Below, in pieces: positions 60,801-64,000 of a stretch of 64,000 bases of DNA. A program made the translations under genes and the position numbers. The DNA lies in contig OZ241877.1 of assembly GCA_965203095.1 (NCBI GenBank), positions 1,696,001 through 1,760,000 of the forward strand, given 5' to 3'. Origin of the DNA: Bdellovibrionales bacterium (GTDB taxonomy: Bacteria; Bdellovibrionota; Bdellovibrionia; Bdellovibrionales; UBA1609). A model generated the notes under the pieces. It saw only the letters and a program-made list of their open reading frames with translations. It made no database searches and was not told where the DNA came from. The stretch's first letter is position 1. Each line of letters starts with the position of its first letter.

Positions 60801-61611
60801 TTTTAACAAAAATGGGCTTACACTTAATGAGCAAACCGGTTTAAACATATTTAATAGTTATTATTCTGAAGGGACCAATGCCTCCTTAAAAGATGTAGTC
60901 TCATGGTCCCACTTGTTTTCACGGGTCCACCGTCAATTTAGTAGCATGAGACCAATCTATTGGAATGCACTGAATGTATTTGTTGCAGAACCTGATTTTT
61001 TCTCTCTCTTCAGAGATAAATTAGAACAAGAAATAAAAAACGAAGGCCATTCTGAATTTGATGTTGCAAAAAGGTTTACTTTATTCACTGATTATTATCA
61101 GAGCCTAAAAAAAACTTTACCTCAAAATCAATATCACTCCCTTTATCAAAGTCATTTTGATGATTCTTCTCATGTTAAATTTAGCTTGGGAACAGGAGAA
61201 CAGTCATTTTATAAAAGATTTTTAGAGCCTTTTCAAAATGGCATGCCTGTAAAAGATATGGGTATACCTTTTCTTTCTATGACTTTTAATAATTATAATA
61301 ATTTAGGTAGCACCCATTTGTTTAATTTTCAAACATACTTAAGGCAAAGGGATGACACTATAGATCCCCATACCCACAGTATGGGAGCTAAAGGACAATC
61401 TGCAAATTATTTTATTATACCTAAAATGCCTAACAGTTTGGCGGCAGACATCATAAAAGAATACAATGCTCAAGCCAAAGAGTTGAAAAGGTTAAGAGCT
61501 TTAGAACAAACAAGAGAGTTATCTCCTTTAGAGAAAATTCTTAAAAGTGAAATCAAAATCAATAGTGAAAGTTTAATGATGCTGGCTCAAATCATAGAAT
61601 TTAGACATTAG
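57811..61611 (+). CDS. Zinc-dependent metalloprotease lipoprotein (metzincin)
   Basis: ATG 57811 after AGGAGGG, lipobox ILASC, HEMGHSFALGHNF, Met-turn SAMDY, YDLAALRFIY. Confidence 0.88.
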   Translation: MLKLHVFFLILTGWILASCTTETAVVNQSELSQIVSQAETGKKPSEISEEVRKVIQNRCINRQFRQGDAENLYGRECIEGKQILIQSSKTGKEVPTFTVTSSNKDLGIELEGDLDFTNKFHKLSYTISKDKGSDKTIPWLRDLLPENIDFLGRPDTSYSIVFKIQGDYLVLFKSSEKQNHLPYTERTSMSKEGDLYMVPFIGYPIQYCHPRLQKDEDGEEKWLSESNCGTNQPAESAEYISFSKDNRQFYKYLPKNNLFPSNYFEGRWIFAQSPIETPNMQEVSPFTAFIVDMEKMSSQLNIRNVSGDIDENRQKILRQIPVEWLSFEMDRDGDSWGQFGERKTKHSTVSDIEKPYLRIKFENMQGLSPGESIENYIVVPGQKADIVKIKLSQDGFSYVFEQAIQGPCKRNTTGQPVCESDEKVDAKIRYSFLREKALDQEGFVPRRWFRDEHDHIFGVIPAFPQKDFKMGETSEIDRLDHARMMRFNLSLNSPEEKSSRTKEIVWHFSKNSTKDSEYRELFRQAVATYDRAFEIIMEGSGKKVRVLLDETEERDLGDLQANVLNAVHTGIVSNTGLIGMAPSYIHPETGQTIGTTVNVYIQNIEQIYINKVKDYIRYEIFQADKKGGVSPVSPYLIGKIQEQCEQCSPCPEVDAFIRQKKRSGAEPRDYLDDKEITVSCGKKIAREYILANIIHEMGHSFALGHNFKGSVDKDNYYQSIDELKEYFPTAQAKNVTKLSSAMDYSPSDAPEITVLGKYDLAALRFIYRDQVETKDGTWTSLSIDPLDPAKHQMIDENLISNMKSYQHCSDFVAQKERQQDFLCVWHDYGSNPEEIVNGYVEKVKRIFSKRYRYDLDNFDFLKRNQTVPLMVDFYVRHILNFYSQWLSYRNKYLQATNNLDKVKFVLNSEEALEQYHSVLQEGLEQKQDTEYALYYPIREIVPPFIMDFLFASSMKCKVQQGEQVWTLNLESIRKYLVDEHHENLYVEDCYSPMITDFFNKNGLTLNEQTGLNIFNSYYSEGTNASLKDVVSWSHLFSRVHRQFSSMRPIYWNALNVFVAEPDFFSLFRDKLEQEIKNEGHSEFDVAKRFTLFTDYYQSLKKTLPQNQYHSLYQSHFDDSSHVKFSLGTGEQSFYKRFLEPFQNGMPVKDMGIPFLSMTFNNYNNLGSTHLFNFQTYLRQRDDTIDPHTHSMGAKGQSANYFIIPKMPNSLAADIIKEYNAQAKELKRLRALEQTRELSPLEKILKSEIKINSESLMMLAQIIEFRH

Positions 61612-61651
61612 AGGGAATTATTTTAAATCCCCCCTTTCCCCTTTTACTGCT

Positions 61652-62632
61652 ATGAGAATTTTTCTATTTTTGTTTGTTTCCCTGTGGGTTGCTCCTCGGC
61701 TGGCTTTAGGTTTTTCTGAAACAGAGTTAAATTCTTTAGAGGCTACTGGTAAAAAACAAAGCTCTGTTAGCCCCTGGCGAACAGAGATCCAACTCCTCTT
61801 ACAACGGAATTTGGATTTAAAAATCAGTTATGAGACTGTGGGAGATCAAAAACAGAGATCTCGTTTTGCTGGCTTGTTGGATTCAAAAAAAACCAGCTCC
61901 TTTGTGAATTTAGAAAATCTTTATTGGACTTTAAGCTTTGCCATAAACTATTCCTTATCAGATTTAAAATTTTTAAAAAATTCGGAATTGTTTTTGGCAG
62001 GTTATCTCAATAACTCTTTAAAAGGCCAAAATAGCCATAAAGCAAAATATGATTACAAATACTATATGAGAGAATCTATTGGAGACCTGCGATTGGGCCT
62101 AACAAGCCCCCTTTATGCGAAAAATAATTTTTTAAGCTATTCTTCCTTTTCCCTCCTGGCCCCTATCTCCCGATTTGCCCGTCGGGGAGGGCTAATTACA
62201 AGGTCCGAGGCCCGGATTGATCTTTTGTATTTTCTCACAAAAAAAGCAAAACAGAGCATATCTCTCTCATCAGGCCACAGTTTGTCTTACAGCCATTGGA
62301 CAAAAAAAATAGCATCCCCAGAGGGGCAAACTTATAATATTCCCCTGGACAGCAGGCAAAACTTAAGTTGGATCTATAGGCAAAGCTATAGCCCATACCT
62401 CCCTCACAGCACAGCCCTTTCGGCAAGTTATAGCTTGGGGATCAATTATAAAAAATCCTTACTCCAAAATGTGGCATTAGGTGGCTCTCTTTCATGGAAG
62501 CTGAGGGATCGCCTTTATTTTGTTTTTTCCGCCCGGTGGAAGGACAGGGTGAAAAAAAACAAACCTCTTTCCGCCATTCGCTTTAAATGGCAGAAAACCT
62601 TTTTCAGTATAGGAACTTCCTTTTCCTTCTAA
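61652..62632 (+). CDS. Probable outer-membrane beta-barrel protein
   Basis: Signal peptide, amphipathic beta strands, C-terminal IGTSFSF. Confidence 0.65.
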   Translation: MRIFLFLFVSLWVAPRLALGFSETELNSLEATGKKQSSVSPWRTEIQLLLQRNLDLKISYETVGDQKQRSRFAGLLDSKKTSSFVNLENLYWTLSFAINYSLSDLKFLKNSELFLAGYLNNSLKGQNSHKAKYDYKYYMRESIGDLRLGLTSPLYAKNNFLSYSSFSLLAPISRFARRGGLITRSEARIDLLYFLTKKAKQSISLSSGHSLSYSHWTKKIASPEGQTYNIPLDSRQNLSWIYRQSYSPYLPHSTALSASYSLGINYKKSLLQNVALGGSLSWKLRDRLYFVFSARWKDRVKKNKPLSAIRFKWQKTFFSIGTSFSF

Positions 62633-62941
62633 CAAATTTTGCAGGAATATAGTCATTTTTGTAAATGTTCATTATTTCGCCGACAAAATTTAGCCTGAGT
62701 TTCTTTGTCCAAAGACCCGCCCCATTTCGGGACGGCAATCCCTTGGACCCTCATGGGGCGGGCTTTGGACAAAAACAACTAAAAAGTCCTCTATGAAAAA
62801 CTTATGTCTTTTATAGCGTAAGCACCCCCCGGTGAGGATCTAAAGCCAATGGATTCCCATTTTCACGAAAAAGGCAAACTTTGGAAAAAGATTAAAAAAA
62901 CTTATGGACTTTTTGTGGGATGAGTAATATCATTCTATTTA

Positions 62942-63247
62942 ATGATTATCAGGAGATGGTTGGCCCCCCTTCACCCCAGTAAAGAGCAAATAGAATCCCT
63001 TTTTGAAAAAGACGGGCTGGAAAGTTTTGAGGAGGTTTTTCATCCTGGAGCTAAAATATCTAAACACCGTCACCCTTTTGACGAAGTTCGCATGATTGTC
63101 AAAGGGCGGTTGTTTTACAATGTTTCAGGAAATAAGATTCTCCTCAGGCCAGGGGACAAAATCGTTGTTCCCTCCAATACCTTGCATTCTAAATCCACCT
63201 TAGGGGAAGGACCTTGCTTTTCTATATGTGCTTATCAAGCTTATTGA
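62942..63247 (+). CDS. Cupin-domain protein
   Basis: HRHPFDE...G....LRPGD...VPSNTLH. Confidence 0.9.
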   Translation: MIIRRWLAPLHPSKEQIESLFEKDGLESFEEVFHPGAKISKHRHPFDEVRMIVKGRLFYNVSGNKILLRPGDKIVVPSNTLHSKSTLGEGPCFSICAYQAY

Positions 63248-63395
63248 CCTCCATTTAGACGCCAGTGAAAAACCTTTATCCTTTATTGCATAAGCAAAAG
63301 CCCAGCTTGTTCGCGGGAAAAATACCTTGGGCCCTCACCGCTGGCTTTGGGCAAAAGAAGTTAAGAGGATACTTTTTTACGGAGGACTATTTATA

Positions 63396-64000
63396 ATGTC
63401 TCAAAAAAAAGTTTTTGTTATTGAGGGTTTACGAAGCCCCTTTGTTAGAGCCGGGGCAGAATTTCAAGATCTACTTCCTGCTGATTTGGCCAGCCACAAT
63501 TTAAAAGAGTTTTTATATAAAATGAATTTTCGAGGAGAGGAAATAGAGGAGCTTATCTTAGGTAATGGATTCACTTTGCCCGACTCTCTTAATGTGGCAA
63601 GGGTGACGGCATTGCGGGCGGGCCTTCCTCAAACTGTTTCAGCGGCCACAGTTTTAAGAAACTGTGCCTCCTCTATGGAGAGTTTTGTCACAGGGGCTTT
63701 AAAAATTCAGACAGGGCTTTGTGAGAGCCTGATTGTGGGTGGTGTGGAGAGCATGTCTAATATTCCTCTTTTGTTCAGCCAAAAATTAAGCCGGATCATT
63801 CAAAATGTGATAATGTCAAAAACATTAAAGCAAAAATTAAAAGCCATTACTTCTATTCGGCTAAAATATTTTCTGCCTGTAATGTCACTTTTAGAAAGTC
63901 TAAAAGATCCTTTCACTGGCTATCTTATGGGGGAGACGGCAGAGCTTTTGGCCAGAGAGTTTCATATCTCCCGGGAAGATCAAGATGAATGGGCTTTGTT
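63396..64000 (+). CDS. Thiolase (acetyl-CoA acyltransferase), 5' part
   Basis: Manual translation MSQKKVFVIEGLRSPFVRAG...NVARVTAL...RNCASSMES...GGVESMS...MGETAE..A....ISREDQDEWA. RBS GGAGG. Confidence 0.93.
   Translation, partial: MSQKKVFVIEGLRSPFVRAGAEFQDLLPADLASHNLKEFLYKMNFRGEEIEELILGNGFTLPDSLNVARVTALRAGLPQTVSAATVLRNCASSMESFVTGALKIQTGLCESLIVGGVESMSNIPLLFSQKLSRIIQNVIMSKTLKQKLKAITSIRLKYFLPVMSLLESLKDPFTGYLMGETAELLAREFHISREDQDEWAL

Overview
AT-rich bacterial chromosomal window, most likely Bdellovibrionota (inferred from 16S sequence features, a bacterial topoisomerase VI pair and many secreted hypotheticals). It opens with the 5' part of glyA. An accessory/defence region of about 30 kb follows (1.3-31.7 kb). 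Its first part holds an IS630-split DUF262-Schlafen/AlbA gene, duplicated coiled-coil PD-(D/E)XK genes around a damaged tRNA(CAT), a type IV pilin and an array of small shuffled DNA-binding-like modules. Next is a tightly coupled eight-gene operon (capH-capP-tcmP-DUF5131-mod-XRE/IrrE-PIN-res) divergent from a CapV/CD-NTase/E2-SEC-C CBASS, which carries a second identical IS630. The region ends with AbiE (toxin internally deleted), a KilA-N relic, a TIR protein, an AlbA-HATPase-wHTH gene followed by a 23-bp tandem array, and a SIR2-STAND gene. The remainder is mostly housekeeping: proS/ribH inside a 2,197-bp tandem duplication, a 16S rRNA with three tandem tRNA-Ile copies and no 23S, top6B/top6A, tRNA-Thr/Tyr, ldcA, a metalloprotease, a cupin and a thiolase, with dispersed hairpin repeats. 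All family assignments come from motif recognition by eye; no database searches were run.
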